From: Octopus sinensis
Taxonomy: Eukaryota
Reading direction: 5' to 3'
Length of the DNA stretch: 64,000 nucleotides
NCBI RefSeq assembly: GCF_006345805.1
Contig: NC_043001.1
Span: 54,250,001-54,314,000 of the forward strand
Part shown: in pieces, positions 1 to 12,379 of the stretch
Layout of the letters: each line of letters begins with the position of its first letter
Numbering within the stretch: the stretch's first letter is position 1
Translations under genes and position numbers: made by a program
Notes under the pieces: generated by a model
Database searches by the model: none
Told to the model about the DNA's origin: nothing
Seen by the model: only the letters and a program-made list of their open reading frames with translations

Positions 1-959
1 GATTTTTTGTTATTTTGTTATTGCGTTCTTTTTAATTTATATCGTCGTAAATTACTTCTAGATTCGTGGTTATTGTAAAATCTTTTCTGACAACCAATTA
101 CGCCTTGCTTCCGAAAAAATACAAATTCTCTAATTAATATTCTACTAGTTTTCACTAATAAGTATTCCATGAATTTCCACTAATTGCAGTGTAATAATTT
201 TTTTTTGAATAAAAGCAACATGAATTGTCATTTTCTTTTTCATAATAAATCTGCATATTTCGACAAGTGAATTGCCTTAACTACGGTTGAATAAACTAAG
301 GGGAGAGTAACTTATTTAATCTTTTATTTTTAACTCATATTCTTCATTTTTCAGTTTATCTATTTCAGGTTCACTAAATTCAATATCGCTAAAATGAATA
401 TCTGTTTATCTAAATGCTCCATTGTCATCAGAGTACAGACTACCAGTCGAGCATCAATTATTAATGTTTAGCTTCCAAAACTAATAGCAGTAATTAATAA
501 ACTGCATGATGCTGTAGAGGGAACGAAACAATATTATTTGCTTTGTTCGTTTGTAAATAACATAATGCATCATAATGAGTGATAATTAAAATGATGTATT
601 GGTTTCAACATACCCTGATAACTTTCTCTCATATGTTTTCAGAGTTGAAATATTTCAGTAATAATTATTTTCCAGTATTTTCTGGTTATACGTTTTGGTA
701 TCATAAAATACAATATGTCGAATGATTAAGACTCCTTCTTTACACACAAGACTAGCCGGGTCTGGGATTAAAGTTGAAATCCATATTCTAACCTATATTA
801 AACAAATACCACCCGTTCGTGACACACCAGCATTAGGATATTATGTGCATAAATGTTGCTTGCATTCTTCCTGTCGAAACACTTGTGAATGGCACTTAAT
901 TACCTGATGTAAATTGTGTGATGTAAATTATATGATATTAATTGAATTATATTATGATC

Positions 960-1150
960 TTAATAACTAATTCTAATTTAGGCACAAGGCCAATAATTTT
1001 GATGAGAGGGTCTAGTCGATGCTATCTACCCAGGTACTTGGCAAGGACTTTACTATACAGACTCCGGGAGAATAAAACAACGGCGAGATTTTAACTTACA
1101 GTGTAAAGAACCGGAAGATATACCACAAAGCCTTTCTTCCGACGCTTTAA
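960..1150 (-). mobile_element. Degenerate SINE (family B) remnant
   Basis: Reverse complement loosely matches the better-preserved copies at 13815-14049 and 41728-41957 (taggcacaaggcc...gtcgat...ggcgagatttt). Confidence 0.45.
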
Positions 1151-1312
1151 CTATTGAAAATATCTTCTGACGATGAGGAGAGGAGGAGTGGAGGATGGGG
1201 AGAAACAAGGAGGAGGAGGAGGAAAAGTAGAGTAAGTGGAGGAGGTAGACAAGAAATTCGACTAGGATTTCGATGAGGTTGATTATTTCTTTTATTTAAT
1301 AATTTCTTCCTT

Positions 1313-1505
1313 TAAGGTGACGAACTGGTAGAATCTTTCCCGTGCCTGACAAAATGATTAACGATATATCTTTCGACTTTATGTTCTGAGTTCAAATGCC
1401 GCCGAGGGCTGAGTTTTGCCTTTTATCCTTTTGGAGTCGATAAAATAAGTAAAAGTCGAGCCCCTACTCCGTAATTGCTGGCATTGTGCCAAAATTTGAA
1501 ACGAA
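1313..1505 (+). mobile_element. Degenerate tRNA-derived SINE (family B)
   Basis: Contains gttctgagttcaaatgccgccgagg (B-box-like), ttttgccttttatcctttt...gtcgataaaataagta and tgtgccaaaatttgaaac, all shared with other family B copies in the window. Confidence 0.65.
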
Positions 1506-1689
1506 TAATATCTTCCTCTTTTGATTGTAATATATGCACCAGACCAACGTTCTTAGTGGTGGAAGCAATCGACACCTAATTAGAAAGCTCGTAGTATGGA
1601 GAACTCCAAGCCTTTACTGAAACTCCTGAGCAGCAGCCATAGGCATATGAAAGCAATCAATAAAGTGATGAGCAGATTAGAATCGAAAC

Positions 1690-3540
1690 TTGATTGATTG
1701 ATTGCTTTAAGAGAGTGAGGACTTCAGTAATTCTCCAAGTCAAATATTCCAAACTCACATGATTGTAACTCCATAACGAGTTTGACAACAACATAGAAAA
1801 CCTTTAGACATAAGAGAGTCTCGTTACTCATCTAGATAACAATAATTTATTAACAGAAGAATGGGAAGAGGGTAGGAATTGAATTTATAAATGTAAAAAG
1901 GTTAATACGCTGAGTGATTATGGAAGCCAGTAAAAAGAGGAAAACAAAATTTACCATGGTCTCGATTGATTACCGAAGAATATTTGATTGCATTCCACAC
2001 TCCTATATATTGGAGATATTCAACATGAGTAGCTTGAATACTAACGAATTACATTAACCACACCAAATCAAAATAATGAATGATATTACTACAAAACAAA
2101 GAGGAGATAATTAAAGCAAATTTTGTTCTTATAAGGAGATTAATATTCTAGTAAGAGCCTCCAGTTACCTTACATGAAACTACCTTTGTGTATATATTTT
2201 TTGGACAAGCTATAAGCTTAAGGAAAACCTACGCCAACGTATGAAAAACTGTCCATAAATTCCTCTCAAAAATGTGTATGGGATTAGACAGGAATACAAA
2301 TACAACAATAAATACTGTGAAATTAAGTAAACCTGGGAACATTAAATTAGTCACAGATACCGAAATCAGAGAACTTCCAAGTACTTAGAAGCAGATGAAA
2401 CTAATAAAATACAACACAGAGAAATGACAAAGAAAATTAAGAAAGATAAGAATAGAAGAGCGAAGTTAGTTTGAAAGACTGAACTGAAATGTTAGAAATG
2501 TTAGCAGATATAAAAACGCTAGGCAAGTCAGTCATAAACTACATCTTCATCATAATAACCTGGAAGTTAAGCGAATTGAAGCGCATAGAGAGTAAAACTA
2601 AGAAACTAATAACAGCAATCCGAAGCCAACTCATCCAAGCTGATATATATAATAGTATACATCTATTTACATCTAAGGGAGCTGGGGCGAATATAACTGA
2701 AATGGCTTCTAGAAAATGCTAGCAATAAGAACAGATAGAATTCCTAGAAATTAACAGGCGCAGGAGTGGGTGTGTGGTAAGTAGCTTGCTTACCAACTAC
2801 ATGGTTCTAGGTTCCTTCCCAATGCGTGGCACCTTGGGCAAGTGTCTTCTACTATAGCTTCGGGCTGACCAAAGCCTTGTGAGTGGATTTGGTAGACAGA
2901 AATTGAAAGAGATCCGTCGTATATATGTATATATATATATCTGTATGTGTGTGCATATGTTTGTGTGTCTGTGTTTGTCCTCCCCACAACATCACTTGAC
3001 AACCGATACTGGTGTGTTTACGTCCCCGTAACTTAGCGGTTCGGCAAAAGAGACCGATAGAATAAGTACTAGACTTACAAAGAATAAGTCCTGTGGTCGA
3101 TTTGCTCGACTAAAGGCGGTGCTCCAGCATGGCCGCAGTCAGATGACTGAAACAAGTAAAAGAGTAAAATAGAAATTGATAAGTTTAATAAGAAAACATA
3201 AAGAAAGAACAATGTATGTTTCTATATATATATATATATAAGGAAATGATAAACACAATCTGGAAATTATCTCCACTGAAACATGATTTAGATAAGAATG
3301 AAACAACAGATCTGCTTATAAAAAGAAAACAGAATCAGAATTCGTAATATACGAAAGAAAAAAACTGAAAAAATATACACTCCATGGTCAATAACCACAA
3401 GAAAAGATAAAAAAGAAGCCGGAGTAAAAGCTAGTAATTGCCCTCACTATCTGGAATAAAAAGAATACTACGTCCAACTCTAGCTACCATACAACAAATT
3501 TCATAAAAACGTAAAGCATAAAAGAGTGAGAAAGGTACAG
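1690..3540 (+). mobile_element. Highly decayed R4/Dong-like RT remnant, split by a SINE
   Basis: The translated segment at about 2350-2700 (KYLEADETNKIQHREMTKKIKK...KTEL...INYIFIIITWKLSELKRIESKTKKL) aligns by eye to the 6516-8300 ORF (KYLGIHELDKTQHTQMKEKIKK...KTEL...ISYSYNILNWTLNELTKIDRKTRKI). LHGQ at about 3380 matches PLHGK. Confidence 0.62.
2757..3170 (+). mobile_element. tRNA-derived SINE (family A) with CR1-like tail
   Basis: Head ggcgcaggagtgggtgtgtggtaagtagcttgc, internal TA/TG microsatellite, tail ggcggtgctccagcatggccgcagtcagatgactgaaacaagtaaaagag. More than 10 homologous copies occur in the window. Confidence 0.9.
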
Positions 3541-4589
3541 ACTATGATTCAGTATAATGAGACGACTGACCAAACCTTCTTTACTTCCCCCGTCTTCGCA
3601 AAATAGGAATATATTCGCAGAGGCGGTCGAGTCGGTAGCTCAGTCAACTGGACAATAGACCAACACGTGAAAATAGACAAAACATGAGATAAATATACAC
3701 TAAACACTGTACAAGACAACAAACAAGCCGCGATCGTGCGAGATGTTTCTATCCAAATTGAAACTGTCCATATATAATAACCAATGACTTGACACCGCGA
3801 CATCGTGACATCGCAATCCCTTCTGATCAACATATTAATCAAAATGTACTCGAAAAGCTGTCAGTATTCAAATAACTCTGAAACTTAAATGAACGGAATC
3901 TGGAGTGTAAAAGTAAAAAACAGTACCAACAATAATTGGAACAATAGGTGTGATAAATATGAACAAAAGAATATAAGCCATTCCAAGTTACACGTTATAC
4001 GCAGTTCCAAAATGGTTTGATGTGCAACTCACATCTGACACCAGACACTTTCATTCAAATATCGCACCTCAAATGGCACAGTCTATACACACAACACACA
4101 CATACACACACACACACACGCATTCACATATGTGCGCACACACATACACACAAGTATACCCTAGGCAATAACCATCTAATAGAATAATACAATTCATACA
4201 GTAAGTATTCTACGTGATAAACACCTAATATAATAACACAACACACACTCTTACATGACAGATACTCGATACAATCACAATTTTATACAACTTACATTCT
4301 ATACAAAAATGCAGCACAAAACACACATACCGTATACTCTATACAATCACCAAGTAACACTGGAACCAACAGCATCCAACACACGATAGCTACGAACCGT
4401 AACCACCACCCAACAAAATAATACACTTAAGCCAGAATCGACAAAACCTTTCCCCATGACAAATCAAAACTGGTGTAGTATACTAAGACAGTTCTATATC
4501 ACAAAACGACGATGTTACGCATATTTTCAGGAACCTGAAGGTTATGAGAATAGCATCAGCAACAACAAGAACAACAATAATAATAATGA

Positions 4590-4744
4590 TGACTTCAAAT
4601 GTTAAGGTAGTAGGTAAGTTGATACCAACGAGCCCCGGATTCGACTAGTGCATATTTTATCGTCTTCGAAAGGATAAAAGGTAAAGTCGACCTCTGTGAC
4701 ATCTGAACTCAGAACGTAAAGCCAGAGGAAATGTCGCTAAGCAG
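4590..4744 (-). mobile_element. SINE family B fragment
   Basis: aaaggtaaagtcgacctc...tgaactcagaacgtaaag is the reverse complement of the family B core. Confidence 0.65.
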
Positions 4745-4756
4745 AATAATAATAAC

Positions 4757-4813
<57 letters not shown>
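4745..4813 (+). repeat. (AAT)n microsatellite
   Basis: Directly visible. Confidence 0.97.
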
Positions 4814-4815
<2 letters not shown>

Positions 4816-5064
4816 CAGGCTTACCATCCCTACAGGAAGTGCAAAAAATCGTATTAACTGGAACGGCTCATATACTGAGAAGAGCATTATCGCTGTGAAA
4901 ACAATATCCATTCATGAATTTTTTTATATTTTTATTTTTAAATACATATTTTACCTGTAAATTTGCGTGTGTAATCTGGGAATGCATACAATGAGCTTCT
5001 CTGCCCTAGGTGTACGGGAAACACTCGGCGAGAAACGGAAGAACATTTGAAGAAAGATGGAAAA

Positions 5065-5065
<1 letters not shown>
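4814..5065 (+). mobile_element. Severely 5'-truncated R4/Dong-like element (C-terminus plus 3' UTR)
   Basis: Encodes PGLPSLQEVQKIVLTGTAHILRRALSL*, homologous to PGLTNTYNIQKIALLGTAHILRRTLSIQ* at 9236-9322. Its UTR (gccctaggtgtacgggaaacactcggcgagaaa) matches 11495-11540. Confidence 0.78.
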
Positions 5066-5095
<30 letters not shown>

Positions 5096-5199
5096 AAGAA
5101 GAAGAAGAAGAAGAAGAAGAAGAAGAAGAAGAAGAAGAAGAAGAAGAAGAAGAAGAAGAAGAAGAAGAAGAAGAAGAAGAAGAAGAAGAAGAAGAAGAA
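5066..5199 (+). repeat. (GAA)n microsatellite
   Basis: About 44 perfect units, directly visible. Confidence 0.97.
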
Positions 5200-6515
5200 C
5201 ACCGGGGGACGTTCAGAACACCGGGTGACGTTTAAGATGTAAGAAGGATAAAACAGAGCTCCGAAATCTATCCACAAACATCGAAAACAAGGACATCGTA
5301 TGAAACCAAAGATTTACTAACAAAGGATTGGACTATATCCGAGTAAGTAATACTAACTGAAATTTATTGCTATTTTCGAAACGAAATGATGTATTTTGAC
5401 TCGATATCATCTCCACTTCTAACACAACACATGTAAACATGCGTGATACATTACGATCCATCAACACCAGATCATCCCCGACCCCAAACACTATGTACAA
5501 AGGAACTACGAAGAAAATAAATACCACTGATATTATTCAACCCAAGAATAACAATCGGGAGGTACGTACTTTAAACTTACAACACAAAATGTACGAAAAA
5601 CTACACGTGCAAAACAATGTGACAACAGAAATGAACGGACCGGTACCCTACGAAAATGACGACCGTCAAAATAATGGGCCGGACGTTGTTCCTCATGTCC
5701 CGCAAATAAAACCCAAGAGACATAAATGGACACGTGAGAAATACATTTCTATCCTACACGCATACTTCACAGCAGTGCTCTACCCAAAAAATGAAAACAC
5801 AACAACACATACATATAAAATATGGAAGGAAAATAACATAAATATAGACTTGGATACAACAATGAACCCTAATAAATTAGCTAACGTACAAAGATACATT
5901 CTCAACGCAAAAAAATATCAGAAATAGAAATAGAACATCTAAAAGAAAAAATAGACCAGGAAAATGTAGATAGAAGCCACACAACAATGCCCAAAAATAT
6001 AAACACTGAAACAGTAAAACACGAATACAAACGTAACATTCCCAACAAACACGATGTAAACAAAAAACAACAAACCCAGACCGTAAGGATGCATAATAAT
6101 ACACGACAAACAGCAAGCCAAAACACGGCAAACAAACATATAAATAAGAAATAAAGCAACACAAAGCTAAAACCTGGAAACAATGAAAGGAAGCCTAATG
6201 ATTATGATAATATAAAAAGTAAAATAATCAAAGAACTGAAAACCATAGAGCTCAAAATGGACCACCGACCATACCTCCCAAAAATCAAAATAGACGAAAC
6301 AACAACACCAATTATAAACAGCATAAACCTAGCCGTCACGGAACTAATAGCCACTGAAACAAAAAGCGATATCACTGAACTAAATGACTTAGTATACGCA
6401 GCAGCCACTGCAGCCACAAAAGAAGCTGGATACTCACTCAAACCCATACAAACAGGAGTACCACCACCCAAACAAACCCTGTGGATAAATAACATCCAAA
6501 ACAAAATACAAAAAA

Positions 6516-8300
6516 ATGAGAAAAGATCTGTCGATTCTTAATGAAATCAGTAGACAATCAACGCTACTGAGCAACAAAAAGAAAACAAAAATATTCCGCA
6601 AATATACCATCACAGAAAAAGATTTACCTGAGATAAAAGAAAAGCTGAAGCAAGATATCCTTGCCAAAGCACAAAGGATCCGCCGGTACGAGAAACGCCA
6701 GCGCTTCTTTGAACAAAACAAACAGTTCAACTCTAACTCCAAAAAGTTCTACCAAGAACTTGGCAAAAATAAAATAGAAATCACTGCAGCACCAACAGCA
6801 GAAGAAGTGGAAGAATTCTGGAGAGAAATATGGTCGGCGAACGAACAACCAAAAACAAAAAGGAGGATTAAAACAACAAACTCAGCATCTGAGCAACTTT
6901 GGACCCCCATAACAACTGAAGAGGTCGCCCAGGCACTGCAAAGACTAAGCAACTGGAAGGCACCTGGGCATGACAAGATCCCCAACTTCTGGTTGAAATA
7001 TCTAACAGGAATGCACAAAAAGCTGGCTGAAAACTTTAACAACATACTAGCAGAGCCAGAGATAATGCCTGAATGGCTCACGAAGGGAAAAACCATCTTA
7101 ATTCCCAAATCAAATGAGACAGCAAAACCAGAAAACTACAGACCAATAACCTGTCTCCCTACAATGTACAAGGCATTTACTGCAGTGATATCGCAAAGGT
7201 TGAACAAGCACCTGGACGAAAACAACCTGTTTCCAGAAGAGCAGAAAGGATGCCGCAAAGGCTCATATGGCTGTAAAGATCAACTAATGATTAATAAAGC
7301 CGTAACTGAAGACAGCCACAGAAAGAAGAAAGGCCTCAGTATGGCCTGGATCGACTACAAAAAGGCGTTTGATAGCATCCCCCACACATGGATCCTCGAA
7401 ACACTAGCCATTAACAAAGTAGCACCAACCCTTATAAAATTCATAGGGCACTCTATGAATAAATGGCAAACAGTGCTACAGCTCCAAACAAAAGAGGGAC
7501 TCATGAAAACCAAAGCCATCCCCATTAGAAGAGGAATATTCCAGGGAGACACGCTCTCTTCACTCATTTTCTGCTTGGCACTGTCACCTCTATCTGATAT
7601 GCTAAATAGAACTGGATGCGGATATAAATGTTACGGCAAAACGATCAGCCACCTTTTATATATGGATGACCTAAAACTATACGCTGCAAATGACAAACAG
7701 CTGGAAACACTATTAAAGACAGTTCATGGATTTACCAAAGAAATTGATATGAAATTTGGATTAGAAAAATGCGCCCAAGTAACCATGAAAAGAGGAAAAC
7801 TAGTTAAGAGTAGCAACATCACACTAGATAAAACCAATGAAATAAAAGAATTAGACCAAAGCCAAACTTACAAATACTTAGGAATCCATGAACTAGATAA
7901 GACACAACACACACAAATGAAAGAGAAAATAAAAAAAGAATATTATAGACGAGTTAGATCAATTCTAAAAACAGAGCTCAATGCTAAAAACAAGATAATA
8001 GGTATTAACACTTTAGCTGTCCCAGTCATAAGTTACAGCTACAATATCCTCAACTGGACACTAAATGAACTGACCAAAATAGATAGGAAAACAAGAAAAA
8101 TAATGACAGGATCTAGGATGCATCACCCAAAATCTGACATAGAAAGACTATATATACAACGTATAGAAGGTGGTAGAGGCCTTATACAGCTGGAAAACTA
8201 CTATAAAATAACCACCAAATATATACTTCAGAAGGAAGGAAAAGCTGATACAAATAGCGGCAAAACACGAGCTAAACAAAAAACTGTTCTCAGTATTTAA
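6516..8300 (+). CDS. Reverse transcriptase domain ORF (594 aa fragment) of R4/Dong element
   Basis: Non-LTR RT motifs: APGHDKIPNFWLK, ENYRPITCLPT, QKGCRKG, IDYKKAFDSIPH, GIFQGDTLS, LLYMDDLKL, FGLEKC, YKYLG, GGRGL. Confidence 0.9.
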   Translation: MRKDLSILNEISRQSTLLSNKKKTKIFRKYTITEKDLPEIKEKLKQDILAKAQRIRRYEKRQRFFEQNKQFNSNSKKFYQELGKNKIEITAAPTAEEVEEFWREIWSANEQPKTKRRIKTTNSASEQLWTPITTEEVAQALQRLSNWKAPGHDKIPNFWLKYLTGMHKKLAENFNNILAEPEIMPEWLTKGKTILIPKSNETAKPENYRPITCLPTMYKAFTAVISQRLNKHLDENNLFPEEQKGCRKGSYGCKDQLMINKAVTEDSHRKKKGLSMAWIDYKKAFDSIPHTWILETLAINKVAPTLIKFIGHSMNKWQTVLQLQTKEGLMKTKAIPIRRGIFQGDTLSSLIFCLALSPLSDMLNRTGCGYKCYGKTISHLLYMDDLKLYAANDKQLETLLKTVHGFTKEIDMKFGLEKCAQVTMKRGKLVKSSNITLDKTNEIKELDQSQTYKYLGIHELDKTQHTQMKEKIKKEYYRRVRSILKTELNAKNKIIGINTLAVPVISYSYNILNWTLNELTKIDRKTRKIMTGSRMHHPKSDIERLYIQRIEGGRGLIQLENYYKITTKYILQKEGKADTNSGKTRAKQKTVLSI

Positions 8301-8346
8301 GGAAGCTGACAAATACAAACAAGAAATCATACCACCTAATAGATAT

Positions 8347-8499
8347 GAAGAAGAAGAAGAAGAAGAAGAAGAAGAAGAAGAAGAAGAGAGAAGAAGAAGA
8401 AGAAGAAGAAGAAGAAGAGAAGAAGAAGAAGAAGAAGAAGAAGAAGAAGAAGAAGAAGAAGAGAAGAAGAAGAAGAGAGAAGAAGAAGAAGAAGAAGAA
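8347..8499 (+). repeat. Imperfect (GAA)n tract inside the Dong ORF
   Basis: Directly visible, with GAGA interruptions that shift the frame. Confidence 0.95.
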
Positions 8500-8691
8500 C
8501 AACAAAAGCTATAAAACAAATGAAATCCAAACTAAAAATAGAACAGCAACGAACCATGATAAAACGATGGCAAGAAAAGCCCCTTCATGGCAAATACTGG
8601 ACTAAACTAAATGCAAAAGAAATAGACAAAGAAAAATCCCAGCAATGGTTGAGAAGCTCAGGACTCAAAGCAGAGACAGAGGGATTTTTAA

Positions 8692-9258
8692 TTGCAGCAC
8701 AAGACCAGAAATTACCAAAAACATGTAATGAAAAGAAATATAACAAGTAACTGCAGAATATGTGGAGATGGACAAGAAACAATAAATCATATTATCTCTA
8801 GCTGCCCAGTCCTGGTTAAGAAGGAATATATTCACAGACATGACAAAGTTGGAACCTACATACGTTGGAAGCTATGCCAACATTATGGAATAACAACAGA
8901 AAAAAGATGGTATAGGCACACACCAGAAAAGGTTACAGAAAACGAGAAAGCAACCATACTCTGGGATATGCCGATACACACAGATAGAGAAATTAAGGCC
9001 AACAGAACAGATATAGTTGTCAGAGATCATGAAGAAAAAAAAGGCTTTCTAATTGATGTATCAATACCGGCAGATGATAACGTGTCTCTAAAAGAAATGG
9101 AGAAACTCTCAAAATACAAAGACCTGGAAATAGAGGTAACCAGAATGTGGAATCTAAAAACAGAAACAATTCCTATCATAGTAAATGCATTAGGCATGCT
9201 AAAACAAATATTCAGACAAATACATAACAAAAACACCAGGACTTACAAACACATATAA
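8692..9258 (+). CDS. Zinc knuckle plus restriction-like endonuclease fragment
   Basis: CRICGDGQETINHIISSC (C-x2-C-x8-H-x4-C), RHDKV, ILWDMPIHTD, RTDIVV, LIDVSIP, EKLSKY. Confidence 0.85.
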   Translation: MQHKTRNYQKHVMKRNITSNCRICGDGQETINHIISSCPVLVKKEYIHRHDKVGTYIRWKLCQHYGITTEKRWYRHTPEKVTENEKATILWDMPIHTDREIKANRTDIVVRDHEEKKGFLIDVSIPADDNVSLKEMEKLSKYKDLEIEVTRMWNLKTETIPIIVNALGMLKQIFRQIHNKNTRTYKHI

Positions 9259-9416
9259 CATACAGAAAATTGCACTACTAGGCACTGCACACATCCTACG
9301 CAGAACACTTTCCATACAATAACTATCAGAGCATCACAACAAATCACAGCACATACCTAAGGCACACAGAGCTGCGCTCGGTAGTGAAGTGAAAGCACGC
9401 TATAAAAATAAAACTA

Positions 9417-9534
<118 letters not shown>

Positions 9535-9559
9535 GCTTCAAATAATATTAACATCAGTT

Positions 9560-11565
9560 TAGGCATTTTCCAATGTGACTCACTTTCATCTCCAATTTTT
9601 GCATAGCGTTAATACCACTTGGATGTCTTAAACTCTATAGCAAAGACAATAATGAGCTTTAAGACCTGTTACACACGGTCAAAGCATTCAGTGATGACAT
9701 GTAGATGGAATTCGCTCGTGATAGATGTGTCAATGCCACTTTCTAAAAAGAGAAATTGAAGGCCTCAAATTCAGTCGTGTTAGATGTTGACACAGTTATA
9801 AAAGAACTTTAGCAAGAACAAACCTATAAAAACCTAGGGATAAAGAAAGATTCTGGCATTCAGCATGCAAACATAAAACAGAATATTATAGGACGGTCCG
9901 AGTAGTCCTGAAATCTGAGCTAAATGCATGTAACAAGGTGTTAGCCATGAATTCTTTAGCAGTTCCAGTTGTTACTTATAGCTAAAATGTGTTAAACTGG
10001 AATATCAGTGAAATAAAGAAAATTGACAGTACAATACGCAAGCTGCTAAGATGTAATAAGATGTACCACCCAAAGGCAGACGCAGATTGACTTTGCCTTT
10101 CCAGAGCGCAAGGAGGTCGAAGCTGGATCCAATTTGAACTCTCTTACAAAATCACAATTGGACAGGCCAAATATCGTGAAACAACAAACGACGGGATGCT
10201 AAAACTGGTTGAAAATCATAAGATATGTAAGAAGCTTCATTCTGTCATAAGCAGAGTAAAAGAAATTGCACTTGATTTCGTGCATGATACCCAGGCTGAA
10301 CAACTTGAGGGAATTGTAGCAACAGTTATTGCAAAGAAGGCGAAGTTTATGGCAAAGAAAAACACACACGAGTAATTGGCAGGTAAAACGGGAGCAGAAA
10401 CCTCTGCATAGCAAATATTTGGCCTGTAATATCAAACTGAAGTAAACAAGAAGTACACACATCAATGGCCACGGAGCAAAGGGTTAAAAGCAATGAGTGA
10501 AGGCTTCATCTTAACTGCTCGAGATCAAAGCTTTATTGACCCGGAAATACCAAGCCAATGTGATGAACAATGGAGTAGACTCAAATTGCCGAATTCATGT
10601 TTGCTATTCACAGTCAATACGATGCATCGTATGAGATGAAGGTCGCCATGACTAGATATAATCGAGGCCGTACTGGTCTGCATTTACCGAGTAGACCACT
10701 GACAACAAACGCCAAACACTTTACTATCCCATTAGTTAAAAGCAAAGAGTGAAAGCTTCATCTTAGCTGCTCGAGATGAAAGCTTTATTGACCCGGAAAT
10801 ACCAAGCCAATGTGATGAACAATGGATTAAAACCAAATTGCCGATTCTGTAATGATGTGATTGAAACAGTGGACCACCTAATTTCTAAATGTAAAGTCTT
10901 AGAACTAGCTGCGTATTAATCAAGATATGATAGAGTTAGGCTACATCTACACTGGTATCAAAACTGCCGAAAAGTGATATAATCAGCACCCTGAGGCTGT
11001 AACTTAGGGAGAAAATGTAACGATTCTTTTGAACGTTCTAGTATATACAGACAGAACCGTCAAAGCTAATAAACCGGATACTGTTGTGAATGACCAAAGC
11101 AATAAAGTGTGCTTATTGATCGACAAGATTATTCCTTGGGATCGTAATATCTCAGCAAAAGAATTTGATAAGATCAGAAAATATAAAGATTTGCTCATTG
11201 AAATTGAAAAAATGTAGCATCTCAAGGCGGTTACAATACCAGTGATTGTAGGAGCCCTATAAATGATCAAAAAGGGGAGTGAAAATTATCTGAGAATGAT
11301 CCGTCTTACCATCATTGCAAGAATTGCAAAAGATTGTTTTAACTGGTACGTCACACGTATTTAGAAGAACATTGTCCATGTAAGAACGATTACCCAACCC
11401 CATGTATTTTAATTTTTTTTCACTTCACTTCATTTCATTTTTAAGATCAACAATTTGGTGTGTTTAGTTTAATGGCCTATCAATGTATACAGTGATTTTC
11501 TTTGCCCAAGGAGTCGGGAAGACACTCGCCAAGAAATAGAAACAAATTTGAATGAAGAAAAACTA
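9560..11565 (+). mobile_element. 5'-truncated, decayed R4/Dong-like element of a second subfamily
   Basis: Translated remnants: GIFQCDSLS, LKLYSKDNNE, VLKSELNACNKVLAMNSLAVPVVTYS, YHPKAD, QGGRS, NCRFCNDVIETVDHLISKC, DRTVKANKPDTVV..CLLID..KYKDLLIEIEKM, LQKIVLTGTSHVFRRTLSM*. The 3' UTR matches 4960-5060. Confidence 0.82.
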
Positions 11566-11739
11566 ATAACAATAATAATTTCTTTTATTTGCCAACAGGG
11601 CGAAGGATGAGGGGGGGACAATACAAAGAGAGACATCAAGGAAATAATAATAATATGATTATGATAATAATTTCTTAGATCTTCTACCAGAATAATAAAC
11701 GCGGTAAGGGCCGCGAGCAATTAATTTTCACCAAACACG

Positions 11740-12365
11740 ATAAAGATTGTAAGGAACAAGAAAAATCCCGGAATTGACAGAATTCTCAATTACTGGCGGA
11801 AATTCAAAGCAATTATTGATGAATTTGTGGCAAAACAGCATTCAATAAATTAGTGAAGAAACCAGTATTAACATCCGATTTGTTACTGGAAGAGAAAACA
11901 ATATTGATTCCCTAAACACAAGAATACTAGCGACTATCAAAATTGTGAACCTATAACTCATTTATCATCAACATGCAAAGCTCTGTGTCAATAATAGGTC
12001 CCAGTTAGGAGGCCGAGGCCTCCTAGAAATAGCACCTAAATCGTCTTCATATCACAACCTATCGTCTTAATAAACACATTTGTTAATTTAATCCAAGCAA
12101 AAAGAAGCAGATAGTATAGAGTAGAATACTTTTAATGAAATACCTTTCTTAATCAGGACTGATCTGGGATTCAACAAAAACATTCAAAACCAAATCCAAA
12201 AAAGAAATAATTCAGTACCGTAACATATTACAAAGGGTAATAGCTTACCAGAAAGTAGTAGACATATGCAAAGAGACTGAAGTCAGGCCACAGCAAAACA
12301 GAGACTAACAGTCATCGATGGAATTATCGCGAATTCTCTTACATATGCAGTATTTCAAGTGCCCA
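11740..12365 (+). mobile_element. Old Dong-like RT/RLE fragments
   Basis: KNPGIDRILNYW...EEKTILIP...NCEPITHL resembles KAPGHDKIPNFW...GKTILIP...NYRPITCL. Confidence 0.5.
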
Positions 12366-12379
12366 CACACGTCACAGAA

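Larger units (their letters stand above)
5439..9322 (+). pseudogene. Frameshifted RT-RLE polyprotein of the Dong-like element
   Basis: Broken into ORFs 5439-5927, 6257-6541, 6516-8300, 8520-8750 and 8692-9258, plus a terminal segment ending at TAA 9320-9322. Also interrupted by a GAA tract, and the RLE PD motif reads TD. Confidence 0.88.

Noticed and set aside
3615-3660. tRNA-like ggtagctcagtc
   Set aside because: A-box only; no B-box or cloverleaf follows.
5200-5440. HDV-like ribozyme in the Dong 5' UTR
   Set aside because: Expected from related RLE elements, but no P1/P1.1/P3 pseudoknot could be assigned by eye.
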